A stretch of 64,000 nt of DNA from Eledone cirrhosa (Eukaryota): NCBI GenBank assembly GCA_964016885.1, contig OZ024742.1:71114001-71178000 (forward strand), written 5' to 3'. Below, one piece after another: positions 25,652-38,386 of the stretch; the stretch's first letter is position 1; each line of letters starts with the position of its first letter. The notes below the pieces were generated by a model. The model saw only the letters and a program-made list of their open reading frames with translations. It searched no databases and was not told the origin of the DNA. The translations under genes and the position numbers were made by a program.

Positions 25652-28600
25652 CTGTAAATAAAATATAGCAGACACAATATAGTAGATTGACCTGGTAGCA
25701 AAAGATATTATACAGGCTGTAATACAGTTTGACCTGGTAGTAAAATATATCACACAGACTGTAGTACAGTTTCAGCTAGTAGTAAAATATATCACATAGA
25801 CTATAGTAGTTTGACCTAGTAGTAAAATATATCACACAGACTGTAGTACAGTTTGACCTAGTAGTAAAATATATCACACAGACTGTAGTACAGTTTGACC
25901 TAGTAGTAAAATATATCATACAGACTGTAGTACAGTTTGACCTAGTAGTAAAATATATCATACAGACTGTAGTACAGTTTGACCTAGTAGTAAAATATAT
26001 CACACAGACTGTAGTACAGTTTGACCTGGTAGTAAAATATATCATACAGACTGTAGTACAGTTTGACCTAGTAGTAAAATATATCACACAGACTGTAGTA
26101 CAGTTTGACCTAGTAGTAAAATATATCATACAGACTGTAGTACAGTTTGACCTAGTAGTAAAATATATCATACAGACTGTAGTACAGTTTGACCTAGTAG
26201 TAAAATATATCATACAGACTGTAGTACAGTTTGACCTAGTAGTAAAATATATCACACAGACTGTAGTACAGTTTGACCTAGTAGTAAAATATATCATACA
26301 GACTGTAGTACAGTTTGACCTAGTAGTAAAATATATCACACAGACTGTAGTACAGTTTGACCTAGTAGTAAAATATATCACACAGACTGTAGTACAGTTT
26401 GACCTAGTAGTAAAATATATCATACAGACTGTAGTACAGTTTGACCTAGTAGTAAAATATATCATACAGACTGTAGTACAGTTTGACCTAGTAGTAAAAT
26501 ATATCACACAGACTGTAGTACAGTTTGACCTAGTAGTAAAATATATCACACAGACTGTAGTACAGTTTGACCTAGTAGTAAAATATATCATACAGACTGT
26601 AGTACAGTTTGACCTAGTAGTAAAATATATCACACAGACTGTAGTACAGTTTGACCTAGTAGTAAAATATATCACACAGACTGTAGTACAGTTTGACCTA
26701 GTAGTAAAATATATCATACAGACTGTAGTACAGTTTGACCTAGTAGTAAAATATATCACACAGACTGTAGTACAGTTTGACCTAGTAGTAAAATATATCA
26801 TACAGACTGTAGTACAGTTTGACCTAGTAGTAAAATATATCACACAGACTGTAGTACAGTTTGACCTAGTAGTAAAATATATCATACAGACTGTAGTACA
26901 GTTTGACCTAGTAGTAAAATATATCACACAGACTGTAGTACAGTTTGACCTAGTAGTAAAATATATCATACAGACTGTAGTACAGTTTGACCTAGTAGTA
27001 AAATATATCATACAGACTGTAGTACAGTTTGACCTAGTAGTAAAATATATCATACAGACTGTAGTACAGTTTGACCTAGTAGTAAAATATATCACACAGA
27101 CTGTAGTACAGTTTGACCTAGTAGTAAAATATATCACACAGACTGTAGTACAGTTTGACCTAGTAGTAAAATATATCATACAGACTGTAGTACAGTTTGA
27201 CCTAGTAGTAAAATATATCACACAGACTGTAGTACAGTTTGACCTAGTAGTAAAATATATCATACAGACTGTAGTACAGTTTGACCTAGTAGTAAAATAT
27301 ATCACACAGACTGTAGTACAGTTTGACCTAGTAGTAAAATATATCATACAGACTGTAGTACAGTTTGACCTAGTAGTAAAATATATCACACAGACTGTAG
27401 TACAGTTTGACCTAGTAGTAAAATATATCATACAGACTGTAGTACAGTTTGACCTAGTAGTAAAATATATCATACAGACTGTAGTACAGTTTGACCTAGT
27501 AGTAAAATATATCATACAGACTGTAGTACAGTTTGACCTAGTAGTAAAATATATCACACAGACTGTAGTACAGTTTGACCTAGTAGTAAAATATATCATA
27601 CAGACTGTAGTACAGTTTGACCTAGTAGTAAAATATATCACACAGACTGTAGTACAGTTTGACCTAGTAGTAAAATATATCACACAGACTGTAGTACAGT
27701 TTGACCTAGTAGTAAAATATATCATACAGACTGTAGTACAGTTTGACCTAGTAGTAAAATATATCATACAGACTGTAGTACAGTTTGACCTAGTAGTAAA
27801 ATATATCACACAGACTGTAGTACAGTTTGACCTAGTAGTAAAATATATCACACAGACTGTAGTACAGTTTGACCTAGTAGTAAAATATATCATACAGACT
27901 GTAGTACAGTTTGACCTAGTAGTAAAATATATCACACAGACTGTAGTACAGTTTGACCTAGTAGTAAAATATATCACACAGACTGTAGTACAGTTTGACC
28001 TAGTAGTAAAATATATCATACAGACTGTAGTACAGTTTGACCTAGTAGTAAAATATATCACACAGACTGTAGTACAGTTTGACCTAGTAGTAAAATATAT
28101 CATACAGACTGTAGTACAGTTTGACCTAGTAGTAAAATATATCACACAGACTGTAGTACAGTTTGACCTAGTAGTAAAATATATCATACAGACTGTAGTA
28201 CAGTTTGACCTAGTAGTAAAATATATCACACAGACTGTAGTACAGTTTGACCTAGTAGTAAAATATATCATACAGACTGTAGTACAGTTTGACCTAGTAG
28301 TAAAATATATCATACAGACTGTAGTACAGTTTGACCTAGTAGTAAAATATATCATACAGACTGTAGTACAGTTTGACCTAGTAGTAAAATATATCATACA
28401 GACTGTAGTACAGTTTGACCTAGTAGTAAAATATATCATACAGACTGTAGTACAGTTTGACCTAGTAGTAAAATATATCATACAGACTGTAGTACAGTTT
28501 GACCTAGTAGTAAAATATATCATACAGACTGTAGTACAGTTTGACCTAGTAGTAAAATATATCATACAGACTGTAGTACAGTTTGACCTAGTAGTAAAAT

Positions 28601-29200
28601 ATATCACACAGACTGTAGTACAGTTTGACCTAGTAGTAAAATATATCATACAGACTGTAGTACAGTTTGACCTAGTAGTAAAATATATCACACAGACTGT
28701 AGTACAGTTTGACCTAGTAGTAAAATATATCACACAGACTAGTACAGTTTGACCTAGTAGTAAAATATATCACACAGACTGTAGTACAGTTTGACCTAGT
28801 AGTAAAATATATCATACAGACTGTAGTACAGTTTGACCTAGTAGTAAAATATATCATACAGACTGTAGTACAGTTTGACCTAGTAGTAAAATATATCACA
28901 CAGACTGTAGTACAGTTTGACCTAGTAGTAAAATATATCATACAGATTGTAGTTCAGTTTGACCTAGTAGTAAAATATATCACACAGACTAGTACAGTTT
29001 GACCTAGTAGTAAAATATATCATACAGACTGTAGTACAGTTTGACCTAGTAGTAAAATATATCATACAGACTGTAGTACAGTTTGACCTAGTAGTAAAAT
29101 ATATCACACAGACTGTAGTACAGTTTGACCTAGTAGTAAAATATATAATGTAGTACAGTTTCAACAGGTAGTACAATATATCACATAGACTGTAGAACAG
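25652..29200. repeat. 42-bp tandem satellite, about 84 units, intronic
   Basis: Unit gacctagtagtaaaatatatca[c/t]acagactgtagtacagttt; homogeneous core, degenerate edges, 2-bp deletions near 28740 and 28990. Confidence 0.98.
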
Positions 29201-29582
29201 TCCTATAAATCCAACAGCAGTTCCCAGAACACACACACACACCACCACAATCATCATCGTCTTTGTTGTCGTCGTCATCATCACCAGCAGCCTTTTTATG
29301 TCTCTTTCCTCATGCTTGAATGGGTTGAACAGGTATTTCCAGCACAGCTTTTCTCCACTTGTTGCATTCCTTCATTTTCTCCTGTGAGGTTCAGTGTATT
29401 ACATTTAAAAATAAAAACAAAAAAGTATGTGTTTGTGGCAGGACAGGCACTCAGCTGTAATATAATTGCCTCAGAAAGTCTTGTCTAACATGGAAAAGCT
29501 AACATAAAAATGATAATGATGAATAGAGAAATCAAAGTTGAATAAGAAATTCAAGATAAAAAAAGATGAAAATTGCCATTAC

Positions 29583-29709
29583 CATTTGAGTTCTTGAGAT
29601 CTAAGTTAATATCTTTAGCTAATAAAAGTTCTTTCACTAATGTTCGTTGCAGTTTGTAGGCAGCCAGATGGAGAGGGCTTTCAAATGTTGAGTCATATGC
29701 CCCATTACT
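29583..29709 (-). CDS. IkappaB-like exon 5 (SNGAYDSTFESPLHLAAYK...NLDLKNSNG)
   Basis: Ankyrin SPLHLA; tttcag and gtaatg junctions; phase 0 in, phase 1 out. Confidence 0.92.
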
Positions 29710-30133
29710 CTGAAATTAAAGTTTCTCAATTAATACAATAATAAGTAGGAATAAATAAAATATTTTGGAAAAAAAAAAAATGTTTAGTGGATAAATTCAA
29801 ACACAGGAAAGGCAGCTGGGTCCTCAGGTATAATTGCTGAGATGCTAAAAATATCTGGCATGGTAGGTTATGTACACGTAGGACAACATAGAGTCATATC
29901 TAATGACAAGTATAGCTGTATCATTATCAACTGTTACAAAGGCAAGTGAGATGCATTAGAGAGAGATAACTACAACAGCATCAAGTTGATGAATTGGGTC
30001 ATGAAAATTACTGAAAAGTTATGATATAACTGATTAGGGATGGAGCTAACCTAAATGAGATATAGTTTAGCTTTGTACAGGAAGAGGACTACCAATGTCC
30101 TCTTCTTTGTGAGATAACTGTATATGAGATTAA

Positions 30134-30925
30134 AATAATAATAATAATAATGAAATATTGTGTACAGTGCTCAGGTGCACTACAACTCATCAAAAAGTGT
30201 ATGTATAGTACATAGGGTAATGTACAAACATCAGGAAAATGAACAGTGCATGAGTCATGATACACATGTGTGCATGTGTATGGAAGGGGTACATCAGGTG
30301 TAGTTTTGGCATATTTCGGGAAGCATGAGTGTCTTAAAGGATGCAGTGTCTCGGCAGCTAACAACTGACGCAGGCAGTTTGTTCCATGCTTCAGCAACTC
30401 TGAGCGTGAAAAAATGTCTACGAAAGTCATGGGAGCTGTGCTGTTTTCTGATCTTGTAGGCATGTCCATGTGTGTTAGACACATGGAGATCAAAAAGGTG
30501 CTCAGGGTTGCAATTGGCGAGATGGTTAATAACTTTGTGGGTATTTACCAAGTCCATTGCCAGACGTCAGAGTTTCAATGAATCCATGCCCAGGGAAGCA
30601 AGGCGTTCAGAGTATGGTAGGTGTCTGATGGAGGGTATGCGCTTGGTTGCATGTCTCTGAACAGTTTCCAGGAGGTCAATGTTCTGAGCAAGATAGGGGT
30701 TCCAGACTGATGATGCGAATTCCAAGTGTGGTCATACCATAGCTGTATAGTTTTAAATAGATGGCTGGAGAGCGGCTAACAAAGGTCTTGCTGAGTGATG
30801 CCAAGACACCCTTGGCCTTCTTGACAATCTTAGAGATATGCTTTGTCCAACGCAAATCGCTGCTGACAGTAATGCCCAGGTCACGTTCACAAGAGGACTT
30901 CTTGATATCAGTATTGTGGAGGGAG
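30134..30925 (-). mobile_element. CR1/L2-group LINE 3' fragment, same family
   Basis: ERDLGITVSSDLRW, FFTLRVAEAWNKLP, (ATT)n tail; lies inside a decayed RTE (~29780-31350); a further short copy at ~63510-63690. Confidence 0.85.
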
Positions 30926-32014
30926 ATGTAGTTCACCTTTGTATCAGGAAGAGGAACTACCAATGTCTTTTTCCTTGTGAGATAATTGCTGGAGATGAAG
31001 TGTTTAGCAAAGAGTAAGCCTCTATCTTGGTAGACACTAAGGGAATTAGGTGTAGATGAATGGCTTGTGAAAACTATACGAGCCATGTATGGAGGTGAAA
31101 CCAGCATGATTAAAATTGACAATGACTAGTGATGAATTTAATGTACAGATAAGGGCTCATCAGAGCTGAGCCTCCACTCCCTTTTATTTATTATTGTCCT
31201 CAAGGCCATAACAGGATTTTAGGACAGGTGTCTCTAAGAACTCCTATATGTTGATGACCTTGTCTTTATAGCTGAATATGAAAGTAAAGCCTGGAATTGA
31301 AAGGCCTCAAAGTAAACTTAGCAATGTCAAAAGTTTAATAAATAGGAAGGAAAATTGAACCGTGATATCATTTCATCTGAAGTTATTAACCTGATAGTCT
31401 GGGCCCCACATATTGCTTACATATGTTCCAGCATTCTGCAGAGTGTACTGGGTACATTGTATCATGTCACCAACATTAAGAAGTTTGGCATGACCATGAC
31501 ACAACTAAAGAGTCCTCTCAGCTCTTTGTTTGACAAGTTTCTATGGCTTGATGCCCTTCCTAGTGTGTACTTGGTGCATTTTTCATTGCATCAGCATTAA
31601 TGAAGTTGTCATGTCTGTGACATAACTGAGGAGTCCTCTCAAATCTTTGCTTGGCATGGTTTCTACAGCTGGATACCAGCCATATCACTAATGACTTTAT
31701 AAAGTGCACTGGGTGCATTTTATCGTGGCGCTACCAATTTACAGAGTGTAGTGGGTGTATTTTATCATAGCACCAGCACCACTTGCTGAAACAGCAAGTG
31801 GTACTGTTTGTTTATGTCATGCAACAGTGAAGTATATGCCATACTTAAATAACATATTAGTTGGCTTCAGGAAAAGCATCCTGCTGTAAAACACTGACTC
31901 ATAAAGTATTGTCTAACTCATATCAGCTTGATGATGATGAAGAAAGAAGAAGAAAGAAAGAAAGAAAGAAAGAAGAAAGAAGAAAAAGAAGAAAATTATA
32001 AATAAAATTCTTAC

Positions 32015-32104
32015 TTTTGACAATTTGTTGACATCAGCTCCATGTTTTATTAAAACATGAACAATGCTTGGAAAATTGTTCTTCACAGCCAAATGTAGTG
32101 CGGT
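32015..32104 (-). CDS. IkappaB-like exon 4 (TALHLAVKNNFPSIVHVLIKHGADVNKLSK)
   Basis: Textbook ankyrin TALHLA...LI.HGADVN; tttcag and gtaaga junctions. Confidence 0.93.
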
Positions 32105-32989
32105 CTGAAAGATTGTGATAAAAAGAAATTATGCATTAAAAGATGTCAAGTATAGCATTACATATGTAGAGTTTTGTTACATTCAAGCATGAGTGTTAAT
32201 AGTTGTATAATAATCATCATCAGCATCGTTTAACGTCCATCTTCCACGCTAGCATAGGTTAGCTGGTTTTGTTCCATTTGATGCGGAAATGGTTGGGAGA
32301 CCGTGTCTCGCTCGCACAGAAGCATCTCTGGCAGGTTTTTTTAAAAAGCTGGATGCCCTTCCTAACACCAACCACATTTACAGTATTTATTTCATATCAC
32401 TTTGAAAAGGCAATATACAATGTATAGCTGAGTCTGGCGCACAATCTCTGTAAATAGTTGATGATACGAAGGGCATCTAGCCATAGAAAACTTGCCAAAT
32501 AAAGGGTCAGGAGGACTCTTCAGTTGTGCCATAGACATAACAAACTACCAAGAGTTTGTTTCACAATGAAATGAACTTGATAGAGTGTAGAATCATATGT
32601 CACACTCCTGGACCACCTGGAGGTCAGTAGCTTTCCTTGAGTACTGACCAGTCTGTGATGACCCATTTAACCCTTCAAGATGGATGTTAAATGATGATGA
32701 ATCATACATATACAATCAACAAAGCAAATGGACAATAACAATAAAAATGTGGTAACTGAAACCACTGATGGTATTACTGCATGTGATTGTGAGGTTGAGA
32801 TGCTAAAACAGTCAAGCACTCACAACTGTTGTTCTTCATCAGAACCAACAAAGGATCCATCATGATCCTCATAATTTTACAGCCATTTTTCATGCAGGCA
32901 TGGGTTGTCATGATTTTAGAAAAGAGAAGCCAGATGACCATGTCTTGCTCATTCCATTTTAGCATGGTTTCTAGAGTTGGATGTCCTCT

Positions 32990-33500
32990 CTAATGCAAAC
33001 CACTTTATAGAATGCACTAAGTGCATTTTAATGTGGCACCATCATTGAATTTATGGAGTATACTGAGTGCATTTTATCATGGCACCAGCACTAGAGAAGT
33101 TGTCATTTCCTTGGCAAGGCCGAAGAGTCTTCTCTACCCTACATTTACTTTTGTTCAATTGCCAACCACTCTACAGATTGTATTGGGTGTATTATATCAT
33201 AGTACCAACACTAGGTTGTCATGTTCTTCGCATGACTGAAGAGTCTTTTCTATTCTATATTGTCTCTGTTCAATTACCAAACACTTTACAGAGTGTACTG
33301 GATGCATGTCATCATCACTATCGCTTTACACAGTATACTGGGTGCATTTTATCATGGTACCATCACAACTACTTTACAGGGTGTACTGGATGGTATTTAT
33401 CATGACACCATCACAACTACTTTACAGTGTACTGGGTGCATGTTACCATAGCATCATCATTACCACTTTACTGAGTGTACTGGGTGCATTTTACTATGGT
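32990..33500. repeat. Tandem ~41-bp units derived from the RTE/SINE 3' tail
   Basis: Repeated cactttacagagtgtactgggtgcattttatcatgg; similar arrays at ~31430-31780, 35500-35800 and 51410-51570. Confidence 0.75.
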
Positions 33501-33532
33501 ACTATCCCTAGAATGGAAAAAGAATGCTTTAC

Positions 33533-33650
33533 CTGTTGGTAATTGTTTGTTAAGTTAATGATGTGTTCTTTGAAGTCCAACTGATCCAATTTCTTCAGTA
33601 GAGCCTGCAGACCATGTACATCATTTCTTTCTGCAGCATCATGAAGACGT
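33533..33650 (-). CDS. IkappaB-like exon 3 (RLHDAAERNDVHGLQALLKK...INLTNNYQQ)
   Basis: ttacag acceptor, gtaaag donor; first ankyrin repeat. Confidence 0.88.
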
Positions 33651-33723
33651 CTGTAATTAAGTTAGTGACATGATTAATAAAAATGGTAAATAGTTGAATT
33701 ATGGAACAATTAAATCATTGATT

Positions 33724-34100
33724 ATATCATAGTATAGGTGCAGGCTCAACTAGTGTGGTTGTGTGTTTAAGTAGTTCATTTTGTAGTTACTATCATAGTA
33801 TAAATTGCAAGCTCAAGTTGTGTGGCTTTGTGGTTAAATAGTTCACTTTGTAACTACTATCATAGTATAATTGCAGGCTCAAGTTGTGTGGTTGTGTGGT
33901 TAAGCAGTTCATTTTGTAACTACTATCATAGTATAGGTGGAGGCTCAAGTTGTGTGGCGAGGGGTTAAGTAGTTCACTTTGTAACTATATGGATTTCGGT
34001 TCAATCCCACTCTGTGATACTTTAATCAAGTGCCTTCTATTGGGTTGACTAATGCCTTGTGAGTGAAATTTGATAGACAAAAACTGAGCAGAAGCTTGGA
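33724..34100 (+). repeat. SINE whose 5' junction is tandemly amplified (4 x ~64 bp)
   Basis: tatcatagtata...ggctcaagttgtgtgg..gtgtggttaagtagttca.tttgtaac four times, then B-box ggttcaatccc and SINE body. Confidence 0.75.
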
Positions 34101-36079
34101 AGTATGTTTGTGCATGTGTGTGTAGCAAAATTATTACAACAATATAAAATGTTGGCTAAAATATCTACAACATCATCACTGGAAATAGCTATGATAAAAC
34201 CTATGATCATTTAATCTCATAAAACATTTCAGGGGCTCTGTAAGCCTGGACAGGAGGGGGATCTGACAGCCCACCCCCTGCTTTGTTCCTGAACCACCAA
34301 TACTATGATAATGAAACTTGGCACAAGTGTAGACTATTGAAAGGCAAATATTTCTACATTACAAAAATGTTGCTGGCATCATAATTTTTCTGATGACGTC
34401 ATCAGTTGTACCCAGCTATGTTAAAATTTAGTACTTTTATAGGACTCAAAATTCTCCAGAATCCCTAAGACTAATACCATGAAATTTTGCAGTGATATAG
34501 GTACTGCCACCTACCTTGTCTTTGCCATGTTTACCAATAATGAAATAACATTAATGTAATGTCAAAAACTTTGCAAAATGGATTTAAAAAATTGTTACCA
34601 TGGTAACCATGTGGTTGCCATGCAACTCAAAACACATACATTCGATTGGTAATGTTTGGTGATATGGTTTTGGTTACAAAAGGCTGTATAATTAAATTTT
34701 GTAACAAGAAAAATCAAAGAAATATCACCCTTTTATACCCCCTGTCCAACTCCTGCCGTTTCCATGCAACGGGGAAAATTTTTCCAAAATCAGTTACGGG
34801 AGCATTTAACAGGGTAAATTTTAGGAAAAGTCACCAAATTTAAGAGAAAAATCTGCTTAATTTGAAAAGTTATTAAAAAAAATGTGAGTGGGGTATTTGA
34901 GAGCCTCCACCCACAGGCACAATAGGGTTAAACCCAAATCAAGTCAGTTTCACTCTCTTCCTCTCACTTTGCTGGTCTCAGGCACAATTGATAGCTAACA
35001 CCTTTCTGTAGCAGTTGTTGATCACTAAGGCATTGCTAGAGCTTCGCTAGGGTACTCAATTCAGTAAATCCTCTGTGCATCAAGCCAATTTTATATCAAC
35101 CAACATCTCTGCATTCACACAATACTTTTATCTATGAACACTACATTTAGCTACATGTTGGCAAAACACTCTGTTATATCAAACCTTTCACATATTCTGG
35201 CTGTTATATTTTGCTACATGGTTTCATTACATTCCATGGCAGAAATAAAAATATACAAATAGTTTCTTTGCTGGTCGTCTCAATTCATTGTTAGTCCTAA
35301 TTGCTTTCCCCAAACCAATTACCACTTACAACACATTGATTATCACAACAACCTCCACAAACAATAACATTTCTGCTAAATACATATACACATCATCATC
35401 AATGTTTAATGTCTATTTTCCAAGCTTGCATGAGTTAGATGGCTGTTCATGTTATGAGATAAGTCAAGTCAGGTCTTGCTCTACAGCTGGATGCCCTTCC
35501 TAACACCAACCATGTTAGTGTGGACTGGGTGCTTTTTATTGTGGCATCAAAACGACCATCTAACTGGGTAGACAGTGATTTTTCATTGTCTCCCCAGTAT
35601 AACCACCTTACATGGTGGACTGGACACTTTTTGTTGTGGCAACATGGCCACCTCATAGGGTGGAGTGGGTGCTTTTTTTATGTTACCAGCATAACCACCA
35701 TACAGGGTGGACTGGGAGCCTCTTGTGTGACAAGCACAACCACCTTACAGAATGGTTTGGGTGCTGCCTCTTATGTTACCAGTAAGACTACCTTACTGAG
35801 TGCTTTTGTTGTTGTTGTGGAACCAGATTGCCATACAGGGGTGAACTAAATGTGGTTTTGTTGTGACAGCAGTATAATGGAGCAGGGGGTGAGGGAGGGA
35901 AGGCAATAGATTTGGAGTGTGCTCAGCTTTCCATGCTTTTATGCATGGATTGAACATGACAGGAGAGGGACATTGGGAGTGTGAAAAGTGGGGAGGGGAA
36001 CAAGTATGCAAGTTGCACATGGATGACGTCAGTGGGATATTTAGCTGATGAGCTCTAACTGCTTACTGCTCCTGTGTGT

Positions 36080-36675
36080 CTACCACATATAAAAACCTAC
36101 TTTCTTTGCTAGCTTGCCTGAGATCTCTTGTGTACCCATAGTTTGCATTAGGGACATAGTATGGAATTTCTACCCTCTTCTTTTCTGCACACTGAGCAAG
36201 GTCATTTCCTTGAAGGGATTAAGGCCTTCTTTTCCTTTCTACTTACTAGGATTTTAATCTTTGCCAAGTGGACATTAAGACCTTTTGATTCCAAGCTTTG
36301 CTTTCAGGTCAGGAATTTCTTCTCTAATTCTGCCATAGATTCAGATATGATGGTTAGATCATCGGCACATAGGAGTTCCCATGTCCAGGCAGTCTTAAAC
36401 TCTTTTGTTATAGCCTGCAGGATGATAATAAACCAGAAAATGCTAAGAACAGAGCCCAGATGGACACCAACTCGCACACTAAATTCCTCACTATAATCAT
36501 TGTTAATTCTAACCTTGCTAACTGCTCCTCTGTACATGACTTGTACTACCATCCCAGATTATGGAGTGCAGCACTCTATCAAATGCTTTCTCCAGATCAA
36601 TAAATGCCAAGCAGAGGGACTGACTTTTAGCTATGTACTTCTCTTGAAGTTGCCTCACAAGGAAGAGGGCATTAG
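36080..36675 (-). mobile_element. Decayed RTE RT fragment
   Basis: VGVHLGSVLS, WELLCADDL. Confidence 0.85.
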
Positions 36676-36685
36676 CATATATATG

Positions 36686-37500
36686 TGTAACGGAATACTC
36701 CTATGTTTTACCTGCGAAGATTCGAAACCGAATCTAAGAGTTCTCGCCTCTGGGACCACCCATTATTGGGAGTTTCCCACCATTGTCCTGTCAAGAGACA
36801 AGTATGATAAATGTACATACCACTTGACCTGTTACCCCAGGTTCCTGACAGATGAAGTACACATGGCGACTCATAAAATCAACCCATATACACATCCTTC
36901 TAGCTATAGGGTTATTATAAATACAAGTACTTAAGGAATCCACCAGAGAGACATGAAGCAGCAGTCTGTGAGAGATTATGATATAGCCAATTCACTTTTA
37001 CTCTTTCTCTCTCCTGGCCTTACAGGTTCTCACCTTCTCGGCCACAGACTACACCAGCAGACAAGAGAAGAAAGTTCTGCTAACACTGTAAAATTTCTCT
37101 TCACGAAAACCAGTTTGTTTCCTATGCTCTCACATTCCATACCAGCCCGTCAATTTGACCACTACTACGGGAATACTAAGAATAGACACACACACATAGT
37201 AGGTTTCATTTGTTTACTTCTACGCTTTATCTATTCTTCCATCTCCCTGTCATATCACACTACTGTAAGATACAACACAACTTTTACTATATCGTTTTCT
37301 GTGATACATGCATTTATGCTAGCTTGAAGAAGCTAGTCAGCAAATTAATGTAGTGATAATTGCTGTCATAAATTTATTATTCGATGTTTGATGTACCAAC
37401 AAGTGAATATTGTTGTTGTAAAACAAACATTCTCAACATCACAATTCTGGCATTATTCTTTTTATCATTCATCCTGAAAAGAATACATTTATCCACAACA
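36686..37500. mobile_element. Solo LTR (Gypsy-like)
   Basis: Starts TGTAAC, ends CAACA, 4-bp TSD tatg on both sides; TATA-like tataaa near 36916. Confidence 0.65.
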
Positions 37501-37515
37501 TATGCACATACATCA

Positions 37516-37573
<58 letters not shown>

Positions 37574-37654
37574 GCGTGAACCTAATACTAACACTTTGTA
37601 CTGCACTCTTCGTTATTGTTTTTGCTTTCTGTTTTAACTTTTATATCATTTTTT

Positions 37655-38027
37655 CATTTTACGTCCGCTTTTCCCTGCTTGCAAGGGTGGGACGGGAACT
37701 GATTCTGGCTTGATTTCTACAGCTGGATGCCCTTCCTAATACCAACCTCATTTACAGTGAGTGCTGGGTGCTTTTTTCCGTGGCGCCTACACGTCCACTT
37801 TACAGTGTGGGCTGGGTGCTTTTTTGCTATGGCACCTCCACGACCACTTTGCAGTGGAATGATAGGGACCCCAGTCCTATCATCTCATTTCTACAGCTGA
37901 ATAAACTGGAGCAATGTGAAATAAAGTGTCTTGCTCAAGGAAACAACACATCATCCGGTCTGAGAATTAAACTTACAACCTTTCAATTGCAAGGCCAATG
38001 CTCTAACCACTAAGCCATGCACCTCCA
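37655..38027 (-). mobile_element. tRNA-derived SINE with RTE-derived 3' tail
   Basis: Reverse complement of 40799-41132. Confidence 0.85.
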
Positions 38028-38152
38028 TTCATATACACACACACACACATATATATATATATACATGTACATATATAAATATAATATCACAAATCATAAG
38101 AAAATATTTTATTAATCAATCAACTCTATTATCTGTCCATTAAATTACTTAC

Positions 38153-38234
38153 GTGCTGCCATTCACTCCTGTTTTACTAAAGTCCTCTCTTGTCAGGCCA
38201 TCTGTTTTCACTTGATTATTCCTAATTTGTGGTA
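38153..38234 (-). CDS. IkappaB-like exon 2 (VPQIRNNQVKTDGLTREDFSKTGVNGST)
   Basis: Poly-T gttcag acceptor, gtaagt donor; phases join the large exon and the first ankyrin exon (NGST|RLHDAA). Confidence 0.75.
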
Positions 38235-38386
38235 CTGAACAAAAAAAAAAATCTTTCATTGGTCTCAAGGGACTTTGGGGTCAATAAAACAAAATAATGG
38301 TAAATCAAGTAAAGAAAAGAGGACATCAGTGAAGTGAAAATAATAGAAGAAACAATAACAGAAATTCAAAAAAAAAAAAAAACTAT

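Noticed and set aside
25776-28733. 985-aa ORF of 14-aa Cys/Thr repeats
   Set aside because: By-product of one stop-free frame in a 42-bp satellite; out of frame with the homologous ankyrin exon, begins at GTG after a 2-bp deletion, and shows virtually no synonymous variation.
25800-29140. Array of nuclear-receptor half-sites (TAGGTCA on -)
   Set aside because: AGGTCA is present in each unit but derives from the AG|GT CAA junction; the 5' extension matches the ROR element only partly, and nothing independent supports it.
25652-29200. CRISPR-like array
   Set aside because: No unique spacers, no cas genes, eukaryotic intron context.
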